Source of the DNA: Bacteroidia bacterium
Lineage (GTDB): Bacteria; Bacteroidota; Bacteroidia; Bacteroidales; Prolixibacteraceae
Length of the DNA: 64,000 bases
Reading direction: 5' to 3'
NCBI GenBank assembly: GCA_037143155.1
Contig: JBAWZG010000001.1
Span: 3,604 to 67,603 of the forward strand
Under the pieces are notes generated by a model. That model was given only the letters and a program-made list of their open reading frames with translations. It did no database searches and had not been told where the DNA came from. Of the stretch, positions 57,201 through 64,000 are shown piece after piece. Each line of letters begins with the position of its first letter. The first letter of the stretch is position 1. Position numbers and translations under genes: made by a program.

Positions 57201-57602
57201 GGAGGTATTGTAGTCCGAAACGGAATATTGATTGTAGAGTTTATTGATTCCAAGAAGAAGGAAGGAATTCCGACCCGACGGGCCATTATCGAAGGAGGAA
57301 AGACCCGTATGACGCCGGTAATCCTGACCGCAACCGCAACCATGCTTGGCTTGGTTCCGTTGGCCGTTGGTATGAACATCAACTTCACCACCATGTTTAC
57401 CGAACTGAATCCGCACATTTATTTTGGCGGCGACAATGTGGCATTCTGGGGACCATTGGCGTGGTCGATCATATTCGGATTGAGCTTCGCCACATTCCTG
57501 ACCCTGATGTTCGTTCCGGCTCTTTACGAACTCGATTATACGATTAAGTTAAAAATGGCCAGGAAAAGAAATCTGAAACGGATTAAAGCGTTGAAGAAGT
57601 AA
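54210..57602 (+). CDS. Efflux RND permease (AcrB/HAE1-like)
   Basis: The 1130-aa protein has 12 TM helices and two large periplasmic loops. It contains 'FALGIVVDDAIVVIEN' and the mirrored 'GIVVRNGILIVEF'. Confidence 0.95.
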   Translation: MSKENKFKEFFATSWAIDNRTSVYVLAILISVLGMMNYYFIPKEQFPQVIIPYIVVSTAYPGTSPSDIENLVTRPIEKQLKSISDVKKITSNSVPDFSSIIVEFDPNLSIETAKQRVRDAVDKSKSDLPTDLPAEPSIMDIDISAMPVMYLNISGNYDLDKLKHYAEITQDKIEGLKEITRVDIVGALDREIQVNADIFKMQAAKVTFSDIERAVAMENMTISGGILTNNGVRNTVRIKGQFADVQTLKDIVVHSSSGAFVKLSDVADIKDSHKEQESFARLDGKNVITLNVIKKNGANLLDASDQIKEIVDELKAREFPKGMEVTVTGDQSRHTRNTLEELNNTIIIGFILVTIVLMFFMGITNAFFVGLSVPLSIFVAYLVLPGLGYTMNMIVMFAFIFALGIVVDDAIVVIENTHRLHKFNPDINVAAKKAAGEVFLPILSGTLTTLAPFFPLAFWPGIVGQFMHYLPVTLIITLFASLFVAYVFNPVFAVSFMKHEYDHEFQDGSGWRRMKRIMVVMLVFAAVFYATKVYGLANFLVFGVLMILLFHFALKKMISNFQERIWPGIMAIYERQLRMVLKGGRPVWILGGMIALFFITIFLTGMVKPTVLFFPNNDPNNIYVYIKMPGGTDQKVTDSITSVAEQRVYKVIGKNNPDVESIISNVTIGAEEQGFASTGTPFNKGKVSINFVEHKFRTTGMSTTQYLELLRKEVGNIPGAQISVDKNSSGPPTGKPINVEITSENMEDLVADADAFRDHIKSMNIPGIEELKTDFEMNSPEILVQIDRDRAQRLGISTGQIGLEIRTALYGKEISKLKQDEDEYPIMLRYQKVTRDNINALVNLLITYRDMNTGILRSIPLSTVAKIDYTSSYAGIKRLNQKRVITVYSNVLSGYSANDIVPIIKQEATKFTLHEGTNIKLTGEQEDQAETAKFLLKAMIIALGAIFFILITQFGSVSKSLIILSEVIFSIIGVLLGVMIFRMDLVIMMTGLGVVALGGIVVRNGILIVEFIDSKKKEGIPTRRAIIEGGKTRMTPVILTATATMLGLVPLAVGMNINFTTMFTELNPHIYFGGDNVAFWGPLAWSIIFGLSFATFLTLMFVPALYELDYTIKLKMARKRNLKRIKALKK

Positions 57603-57627
57603 TATAATTGAGAGTAATACAAAATGA

Positions 57628-57663
57628 AAAGAGGCTGGCTCCATGGAGTTCAGCCTCTTTTCG
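57628..57663 (+). terminator. Rho-independent terminator after the RND operon
   Basis: aaagaggctg (57628-57637) pairs with cagcctcttt (57651-57660) as a 10-bp stem, followed by a T-tract. Confidence 0.8.
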
Positions 57664-57700
57664 CTATGTTTGGTTTTACTTCAGGCTGCAATTCACAAAT

Positions 57701-57832
57701 CCGTCACATAAATGTGACGGCAAAGGATAAAGTTCAAATCATCAGATTGATATATTCAAATCACAAATATCCTTTGCCGTTGGCTTCAGTCAACGGACAT
57801 GAATAATATTCATATTCCTGGGCTTTAGCCCA
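57701..57832. repeat. Cluster of five consecutive hairpins or palindromes (REP/BIME-like)
   Basis: The five are: ccgtcacat/atgtgacgg (57701-57720); ggcaaaggata/tatcctttgcc (57719-57729 / 57768-57778); ccgttg/caacgg (57777-57796); atgaata-a-tattcat (57799-57813); and tgggct/agccca (57819-57832). Confidence 0.5.
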
Positions 57833-57985
57833 TTAACTGCTCAACCCCATACTTTCTTCGTAATGAATTCAACTTCCTCAAATATTCTCGGTTAGGATTG
57901 AATGATATGACGCTATGCTTCAATTATTAGGTTCAAAAAAAAAGTCCGTTATCTTTGCTTTCAACAATTACCAACAGATGAACCC

Positions 57986-58852
57986 ATGACAAAAAATATC
58001 CTGATTCTATCCACTGTATCCCTTCTTTTATTCGCTTTCAGAAGTGATAAAAAAGCCTATCAAATTTTTGATGGTAAAGGAAAAGAGATGCATTATTCCC
58101 AGCTTCTGGAAGCTGCAAAAGAGTCTGATGTGATACTGTTTGGAGAATTTCACGAAAATCCGATCGATCATTGGCTGGAACAGGAACTCACCAAAGATCT
58201 CTATACTGAGAAAAAGAACAACCTTGTTTTGAGTGCTGAAATGTTTGAATCTGATGACCAAATCACGCTTGATGAATACCTTTCGGGACTTGTTTCAGAA
58301 AAAACGCTGAAAGACGAGGCCAAACTCTGGACCAATTTCCCGAGCGATTATAAACCATTACTTGATTTTGCGAAGAAAAATAAACTGCACTTTGTTGCAG
58401 CCAATATACCACGCCGTTACGCCAGCATGGTCTATTCCAAAGGATTATTGAAATTGGATAGTATCAATCCTGATGCAAAAAAATGGATCGCACCGCTGCC
58501 GATCGCTTATGACAGCACCCTCCAATGTTATGCTGATATTTTCAAAAAAGCTGAAGGTCACGGCGGACAAAATCTGCCCAAATCGCAGGCGGTAAAAGAT
58601 GCAACCATGGCATACTTTATCCTGAAAAACTGGTCTGCCGGAAAAACACTGATTCACTTCAACGGATCGTATCACAGCGATAACCATCAGGGAATTGTAT
58701 GGTACCTCAAGCAATCCAATCCGTCATTAAAAATATTAACGATTGGTGCGGCTGAACAGAAGGAAGTTGATGAGTTGGATAAGGAAAGCCTCGGTCAGGC
58801 CGATTTTATTATTTGTACGCCGGAATCGATGAGCAAATCATACCGGCCTTAA
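57986..58852 (+). CDS. ChaN-family (haem-binding uptake / Tiki-like) protein
   Basis: It has a signal peptide and 'DVILFGEFHENPIDHW', with later 'AANIPRRY' and 'GSYHSD' blocks typical of ChaN/Cofac_haem_bdg proteins. Confidence 0.65.
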   Translation: MTKNILILSTVSLLLFAFRSDKKAYQIFDGKGKEMHYSQLLEAAKESDVILFGEFHENPIDHWLEQELTKDLYTEKKNNLVLSAEMFESDDQITLDEYLSGLVSEKTLKDEAKLWTNFPSDYKPLLDFAKKNKLHFVAANIPRRYASMVYSKGLLKLDSINPDAKKWIAPLPIAYDSTLQCYADIFKKAEGHGGQNLPKSQAVKDATMAYFILKNWSAGKTLIHFNGSYHSDNHQGIVWYLKQSNPSLKILTIGAAEQKEVDELDKESLGQADFIICTPESMSKSYRP

Positions 58853-58878
58853 TTTGATTTCTTCTCCTTGTGGACGAA

Positions 58879-59472
58879 TTAATGGATCATTCTGTCCCTG
58901 CCCTGAAAAATGAATGGGATTTCCTGTGCAGGATAGTTTAAAGTGTCAACACCGAAAGGGATATCTTTATTAATGATGAATTTTCCTTTTCCTGAATAGA
59001 TTTTACCTACTACTGAAACCTCATCCCAAACGAGGGTAATATCCACATCCGTATAGTTAGAACCATGGCCTCCGCATAGACTTTCTTCCCAAATAGAAAA
59101 TTTGGAAACCGGGAAAGATCCCTTTTTAAAGAACTCTTCCTTTGTCAACGTACTCAGATTTAGTTTAAATGTATAATCATTCTCACAATGATCATGCAAT
59201 GAATTGATATATTTGATCTCAAAGATATTTTCGTTACAGGGAGCTCCAATAGAATAAAATGATGACTCTATTTTTACATAAGTGTACTTGAACAAAATGT
59301 CCCAAAACTGTATGTTACAATCAGACTTAACACTTCTTGCAAAAATCTCGGTTGGGTAACACCAGTTGAAGGGATTATTACCGTGTTCCATATTATCCTG
59401 ATTTTTGCATCCCAGGAAAAAAACAAGAATAAAAATTGCTGGCATTAATCTCAGAAACTTGAATTTGTTCAT
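58879..59472 (-). CDS. Hypothetical lipoprotein
   Basis: It has the lipobox 'FFLGC'. It is Cys-rich and AT-rich, with no recognised motif. Confidence 0.45.
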   Translation of the reverse strand: MNKFKFLRLMPAIFILVFFLGCKNQDNMEHGNNPFNWCYPTEIFARSVKSDCNIQFWDILFKYTYVKIESSFYSIGAPCNENIFEIKYINSLHDHCENDYTFKLNLSTLTKEEFFKKGSFPVSKFSIWEESLCGGHGSNYTDVDITLVWDEVSVVGKIYSGKGKFIINKDIPFGVDTLNYPAQEIPFIFQGRDRMIH

Positions 59473-59627
59473 ATCAAAATTTTAACCATCATTTGAATAT
59501 GTTTAAAATTAACGATAATACTAGTATCACACAAATATTTCTTTCTGAATAATTTCCGATTTGATACATTAAAATTTACCAGAATTACCGTAACTTTCTC
59601 TACGATTTACTATCAAAATCCTTTAAC

Positions 59628-60317
59628 TTGAAATCTCCAATCCTCTTCTACCTGACAGAGCTTCTTTTCCCTCGACTTTGTGTGGTTTGCGGCGACAAGT
59701 TGATTGAGCAGGAAAACTGGATTTGCCTGCATTGCCTGCATCATATTCCAAGAACCAACTTTCACCTGGAACCCGACAACCGGGTTTCGCAGCTTTTTTA
59801 TGGCCGGGTGGAAATTGAATATGCAACTTCCTTTTTCTATTTCAGCAAAGGCAGCAAATACCAGTCGTTGTTGCATAACCTGAAATATAAAGGCATGAAG
59901 GAATTGGGTGAAGAAATCGGGAAACATTTCGGCATTGATTTGATGCAATCGCCTCAATTTTCTTCAGTGGATGTGATTTGTCCGGTTCCGCTTCATCCGC
60001 AGAAAGAGAAGAAACGCGGGTACAACCAAAGTTGGTGGATTGCTTCCGGAATTGCCCGCCAAATGCAAAAAGAATTGTCGGATGATAACCTGAAACGGTT
60101 AACCGCTACTGAAACTCAAACCCGAAAAAATCGCTTCGAACGTTGGCAGAATGTCGAAGGGATTTTTGAACTCTTTCATCCTGAAAAATTTTCCGGAAAA
60201 CATATCCTGCTGGTCGACGATGTGGTAACCACCGGGTCAACGCTGGAAGCCTGCGCCCAGGCCATTCTTTCCAAAACAAATGCTAAAGTGAGCATAGCTA
60301 CGCTGGCCACAGCCTGA
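59628..60317 (+). CDS. ComF-family phosphoribosyltransferase-domain protein
   Basis: It has an N-terminal Cys4 finger ('CVVCGDKL...CLHCL') and the PRTase motif 'ILLVDDVVTTGSTLEA'. The start codon is TTG. Confidence 0.8.
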   Translation: MKSPILFYLTELLFPRLCVVCGDKLIEQENWICLHCLHHIPRTNFHLEPDNRVSQLFYGRVEIEYATSFFYFSKGSKYQSLLHNLKYKGMKELGEEIGKHFGIDLMQSPQFSSVDVICPVPLHPQKEKKRGYNQSWWIASGIARQMQKELSDDNLKRLTATETQTRKNRFERWQNVEGIFELFHPEKFSGKHILLVDDVVTTGSTLEACAQAILSKTNAKVSIATLATA

Positions 60318-60322
60318 AAAGA

Positions 60323-61450
60323 CTATTCAAAAAAATGAGGAACAAACCGGCTGGCATTGTTTGTAATCAGTCCGTCAGATTCGCGGATACCCATTCCGGC
60401 TGGTTCTCCTCCAATCAGCCAGCTGCCGATTACCGGATGATTGCCATCATAATCAGGTAAGGCAGCATATTGCTGATAAACATATCCTTCACTTCCATAT
60501 TCACCTCCGGTTTTTTCAACTGATTTGCCATTGATCCAGATATCCACATTGGCTCCTTCGCGCGAAAAGATCGGCTTTTCAACAAAATCACCTGACAAGG
60601 GACGTGTAGTTTTGCAGGGAAGAATGTAAGGCGACCGGGGAAAAAGATCGTGGAGCACGGTCAGGATCATTTTGTTGGAAAGGATCATCTTCCAGGCTGG
60701 TTCGATCCACCAGCATTTTTCACGGGTAGTGATGAGTTCCGGCCCAAATTCTTCAGCCATCATCCATTCGTAAGGATACAGTTTAAATATAGTTTCAATC
60801 TCATCGAACTGATCATCTGTAAAACCTTGCTTTTGAGTATCGAAGCCCAATTGATTCATGTATAAAAACCGGGTATCCAATCCGGCCTGCCGGGCTGCAT
60901 CTTCCATATATTTTACTGTCATCAGATCTTCGAGGCTATCTTCCGTGCAACAGAAATGCATCCGGTTCGATTTCATCCAGCCACGAATCACCTTGTAATG
61001 AGCGATAAGTTTCTCATGAATGGAATTGAACTGGTCGGCCTTTGGTTTTACATCCTGAAGCCAGTACCATTGAATTACAGACGATTCGAGCAAGGAAGTG
61101 GGCGTATCGGCGTTAAATTCAAGCAACTTAATCGAACCGTTGTTGTACGACAAATCCATTCTTCCATAGAGTGACGGCTGATCTTCGAACCATGACCAAC
61201 GGATCAATTCTGCATATTTCGGGTCGATAAAAAACCGGTCGTACCATTCGCGTTTAATGACATATTCAACTGCCTCGCAGCACATCGAAAAAATTTCGGA
61301 AGTCGCTTTTTCGATTTCCAGAATTTCGGCTTCAGTAAAGGAATAGGCCGCATTTTCTTTCCAGTAGTTGCCGCCTTCGTTGAATAAAAACCCTTGCTGA
61401 ACAATCGTATTCTGCCAATCGGGTCGGGGTGAAGTTTCTATTCGTTTCAT
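60323..61450 (-). CDS. Glutathionylspermidine-synthase-family ATP-grasp protein (YgiC/YjfC-like)
   Basis: The 375-aa size and blocks 'LYGRMDLSY', 'KLLEFNADTPTSLLESS', 'WWIEPAWKMILSNKMIL' and 'KPIFSREGANV' match the GSP_synth pre-ATP-grasp/ATP-grasp family. Confidence 0.8.
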   Translation of the reverse strand: MKRIETSPRPDWQNTIVQQGFLFNEGGNYWKENAAYSFTEAEILEIEKATSEIFSMCCEAVEYVIKREWYDRFFIDPKYAELIRWSWFEDQPSLYGRMDLSYNNGSIKLLEFNADTPTSLLESSVIQWYWLQDVKPKADQFNSIHEKLIAHYKVIRGWMKSNRMHFCCTEDSLEDLMTVKYMEDAARQAGLDTRFLYMNQLGFDTQKQGFTDDQFDEIETIFKLYPYEWMMAEEFGPELITTREKCWWIEPAWKMILSNKMILTVLHDLFPRSPYILPCKTTRPLSGDFVEKPIFSREGANVDIWINGKSVEKTGGEYGSEGYVYQQYAALPDYDGNHPVIGSWLIGGEPAGMGIRESDGLITNNASRFVPHFFE

Positions 61451-61455
61451 AGGAA

Positions 61456-61770
61456 TTATTCAGATGCAGATGAGCCATGTGCGCTGGAACCAAAGCCTCC
61501 GGTGCGAATATGAGCAGGAACATGTCCGGGTGTGCGAATCTCGCTGATAGTTGAAGGCTGATATCTTCCGGGGTTAATCATTCCATTTGCCAACAGAAAC
61601 CAACCCATGCCATAATGCCGGTAGTGCTGGTCGTTAATCAGGGTATCACGTGTTTTACCGGTCTTGTCAGCACCGGTAATCCATTCATCCTTTTCCTTGG
61701 GCTGATCGGAACATGAACTGATGGCTGCCAGGAAAACAGCTCCAAGCAGGATAGAAGTTGAACGTTTCAT
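61456..61770 (-). CDS. Small lipoprotein, DUF1190 (YgiB/YjfM)-like
   Basis: It has the lipobox 'AISSC' and the C-terminal 'RTGGFGSSAHGSS', which resembles the YgiB C-terminus ('TRGGFGES'). It lies 5 nt upstream of the YgiC-like gene, mirroring the E. coli ygiBC pairing. Confidence 0.5.
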   Translation of the reverse strand: MKRSTSILLGAVFLAAISSCSDQPKEKDEWITGADKTGKTRDTLINDQHYRHYGMGWFLLANGMINPGRYQPSTISEIRTPGHVPAHIRTGGFGSSAHGSSASE

Positions 61771-61808
61771 TTATTTGTTTGGTTAAGAAAGTTAAAGATA
61801 ACTGAAAT

Positions 61809-63158
61809 CTATCTGCTATCCAACCTTTTCAGACAGTTCATCAGTGCACGCGAGTTGTGGTAATTGCCTTTCCAGATTTGTGCCTTCATGGCCAGCTTCT
61901 GACCCGGCTCTTTGTCAATTCCACCAGCATACCAATCGCCATGTTCATGATCAATCAGGTAGGTTTTAATGTAATCCCATTGCTTCAGGAATAACAATTT
62001 GTAGTTATGCGGGTCGGCTGGAAAAAGATCAGCCATCATCAACAATGAATTCAGTCCTTCGGCCTGTGCCCACCAGTTCTTGGAGTCGTTAATAATCGTC
62101 ACTTTTTCCTGATTTCTGAAATAGTAACCAGCTTCGTAAAATCCACCAACGGCCTGGTCCCATCCGGTTTCGATGGAATGATCAACCATTTTTTTTGCTT
62201 TCCGTAGTGTAATTGAATCGTTTTTTAAACCGGCAACTTCCGAAGCTTCGAGCATCAGGAATGCAGTTTCAACATCGTGCCCATATGAAATATGATCGTT
62301 CTGCCAATGTTTTTTCCGGACAACTTCGGCAGAATCGCGGTACGAAACCGGCGACAAATCTGCATTCAGGAACAATTGCAGGTAGCCTTTCGGATGAGTT
62401 ATTTGATCACGGATCAGGTAAAGCATCATCAGCAGACGCTCTTTCACCAACGGATCGGGCCAAACCTGATACAACGCGGTTAATGCTTCGAGCAGATGAA
62501 TAGAACTGTTCTGATCTTTTGGAGGGACACCGTTCAGTCCGTTTTTCAAGGGAGTACCATCGGCTTCCAGAAACTGGAAGTAACCGCCAAACTGTGGATC
62601 GTAACTGTGCCGGTCGAGCCAAAGGAATGCCTTTTTGGCCAGTGAAAGTGCGGTAGTATCTCCTGAAACCCGGGCATAGGTCGACAATCCGTAGATGGCA
62701 AATGCATTTCCATAGGCATCCTTCATAATCCGGTCGGTTTTACCCGATTTCAAAACATTTCCTTCTCGGTCAACCAGGTTGTAAAACCCACCCAAGTTCG
62801 GATCCCACATTTTGTCTTTCAGAAACCGGAATCCATGATTGGCGATTTTCAGGAAATGAGCCTTTTTCTCCGGATAAAATTCTGCAACCGACGAACAGGT
62901 CCAGATATGGCGCGATTGGGTGACAATCATCTTGTTCTGCGGACCTTTCATGTCCCATTTGTAATCGAAATCGCTAAGAAAACCACCGGAAATGCTATCG
63001 ATCGTTCGCGGGTACCAGACATCGAGCAGTTGTTTATTCAGTGATTCAGATATTTCTGCGCTGACTTTTTCATTGTTCTCAACGGTCTTTTTCTCCGGAC
63101 CAGAACAGGATAAAATCAGAAAAATCAATAGCAAGATTGGGTTTAGTTTGGTTTTCAT
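61809..63158 (-). CDS. AGE-family (N-acylglucosamine 2-epimerase-like) epimerase/isomerase with a lipoprotein signal
   Basis: It has the lipobox 'ILSCSG' and the repeated (alpha/alpha)6 blocks 'SGGFLSDFDYKW...VTQSRHIW', 'GGFYNLVDREG...DAYGNAFAIYGL' and 'GGYFQFLEADG'. Confidence 0.65.
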   Translation of the reverse strand: MKTKLNPILLLIFLILSCSGPEKKTVENNEKVSAEISESLNKQLLDVWYPRTIDSISGGFLSDFDYKWDMKGPQNKMIVTQSRHIWTCSSVAEFYPEKKAHFLKIANHGFRFLKDKMWDPNLGGFYNLVDREGNVLKSGKTDRIMKDAYGNAFAIYGLSTYARVSGDTTALSLAKKAFLWLDRHSYDPQFGGYFQFLEADGTPLKNGLNGVPPKDQNSSIHLLEALTALYQVWPDPLVKERLLMMLYLIRDQITHPKGYLQLFLNADLSPVSYRDSAEVVRKKHWQNDHISYGHDVETAFLMLEASEVAGLKNDSITLRKAKKMVDHSIETGWDQAVGGFYEAGYYFRNQEKVTIINDSKNWWAQAEGLNSLLMMADLFPADPHNYKLLFLKQWDYIKTYLIDHEHGDWYAGGIDKEPGQKLAMKAQIWKGNYHNSRALMNCLKRLDSR

Positions 63159-63214
63159 CGGTATCGTCTGGTTTAGAATTTATACCACTTTTCTTTTTTC
63201 TTTGGGGTTCAGCA

Positions 63215-63832
63215 TCAGAAATCGATCCGGTAAATGACAGTGGTATTCAGCACATTATTGAATTGGTTATCTCTCCAATAGTACAAACTAAGACCAGGTA
63301 TTGTCTGGCGCATCGGCAGCACCGAATAAGCTCCACGTATATCAACAAACAAACGGTCAGTCATTTTAAACCTGAATCCAATCATGGCCTCCAGGTCAAA
63401 TGCTTTGAACGGATGTTGGTCTTGAGGAGGTAACTTTCCGTAATCGTTAAATTCTGTACCACGAATAAGGTAACCGGCCGACATTCCAGCAAGTAGTGAG
63501 ATTCTTTCGCCTGTGCGAATTCCCAGATAGATCGGCATTTCTGCATAGTTCAAGCGCATGATGTATTTAATCTGGCCGTCTGTGGCGAGCGAATCCACAT
63601 TCCGGCTTCCTTTCTGAGCGAACTTCAATTCCATAGCAGCAAAAACATTTCTCGAAAGATTAGTCTGTGCATATCCGCCAAGCACCATACCAGCTTTATG
63701 ATATCCGCTGTAGTTATCACCATCCACCTGCGACGCATTCAAACCGCCAAGCAGTCCGCCTTCAAAACGTTGAGAATAGGACAACATCGTAGAAATTCCC
63801 AACAAAAACAGAATCAGGTAAATTTGTTTCAT
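63215..63832 (-). CDS. Small outer-membrane beta-barrel (porin-family / OMP_b-brl_2-like) protein
   Basis: It has a signal peptide, alternating beta-strand patterning, 'GGLLGGLNASQV' and the C-terminal 'TVIYRIDF' with a terminal Phe. Confidence 0.65.
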   Translation of the reverse strand: MKQIYLILFLLGISTMLSYSQRFEGGLLGGLNASQVDGDNYSGYHKAGMVLGGYAQTNLSRNVFAAMELKFAQKGSRNVDSLATDGQIKYIMRLNYAEMPIYLGIRTGERISLLAGMSAGYLIRGTEFNDYGKLPPQDQHPFKAFDLEAMIGFRFKMTDRLFVDIRGAYSVLPMRQTIPGLSLYYWRDNQFNNVLNTTVIYRIDF

Positions 63833-64000
63833 ATGAATTCTATTAATTTTTCCTTCAAAATTTGAACTCCTTTTCCGGCTTTTTCCTGAATATATTCCAC
63901 TTTCCGATGACTTACTGAAGGACGTTCTGGATCAATCACAAAAACCGGGGTTTCTTTTGAGGTGTAATTCAAAAGCCCTGCTGCCGGATAAACATTCAGG
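63829..64000 (-). CDS. NAD-dependent protein deacylase (Sir2 family), C-terminal fragment; absent from the ORF track because it is under 60 aa in the window
   Basis: My own translation of the minus strand gives LNVYPAAGLLNYTSKETPVFVIDPERPSVSHRKVEYIQEKAGKGVQILKEKLIEFI*. 'VYPAAGL' followed by '(I/V)IDP' is the sirtuin C-terminal signature. The stop TGA overlaps the next ATG (ATGA). Confidence 0.6.
   Translation of the reverse strand, partial: LNVYPAAGLLNYTSKETPVFVIDPERPSVSHRKVEYIQEKAGKGVQILKEKLIEFI

Noticed and set aside
57730-57745. GTTCAAATC, a tRNA T-loop-like motif
   Set aside because: The flanking bases do not form a T-stem (taaag versus catca). No acceptor, D or anticodon arms can be built, so this is not a tRNA.
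57624-57806. 60-aa ORF in the spacer after the RND operon
   Set aside because: It starts inside the terminator hairpin and runs through four palindromes. Its sequence is dictated by the hairpin arms, so this is more likely structured non-coding DNA.
1-64000. Search for a CRISPR array, rRNA, tRNA, transposase, integrase, phage genes or toxin-antitoxin pairs
   Set aside because: I found no regularly spaced direct repeats and no rRNA-like or cloverleaf-capable segments in any spacer over 100 bp. No ORF shows DDE, tyrosine-recombinase, serine-recombinase or phage structural motifs. The dispersed hairpins are irregular in spacing and sequence, so they are not CRISPR.

Overview
This 64-kb window looks like chromosomal DNA from a Bacteroidota genome. 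The evidence is three proteins with T9SS C-terminal sorting domains, a CarboxypepD_reg-type TonB-dependent receptor followed by a DUF4249-like lipoprotein, the purN-acpP-fabF-rnc and bEBP-LptE-like-SecG synteny, and TAnnTTTG -7 boxes. An intact hydG suggests an anaerobic or facultative lineage. About 50 genes are packed tightly. They include housekeeping genes (maeB, purN, acpP, fabF, rnc, lepA, dapF, kdsB, secG, rbfA), a two-component pair, a TetR-TolC-MFP-RND efflux operon, and glycan-active enzymes (GH18, GH29, GH2, esterases). Several poorly characterised modules are also present. I found no rRNA, tRNA, CRISPR array, transposase, integrase or phage gene. The parts most worth a second look are: (1) two adjacent T9SS cargo genes built from four copies of one ~205-aa LamG-like module, one of them fused to a purple-acid-phosphatase-type metallophosphoesterase; (2) a GH2 gene followed by two tandem paralogous double-fasciclin lipoproteins whose C-terminal domains have diverged; (3) a tight minus-strand cluster of sirtuin, porin-like, AGE-lipoprotein, DUF1190-like and YgiC-like ATP-grasp genes; (4) a solitary hydG followed by an easily missed 66-aa secreted Lys/Cys-rich ORF; (5) a set of hairpin-rich, REP/MITE-like intergenic elements, one pair of which shows a compensatory base-pair change; and (6) a heptanucleotide tandem repeat inside the 5' end of the DUF4249-like gene. 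All functional calls come from motif and architecture recognition by eye on the supplied translations. No database or HMM search was run, so family names are hypotheses to confirm.
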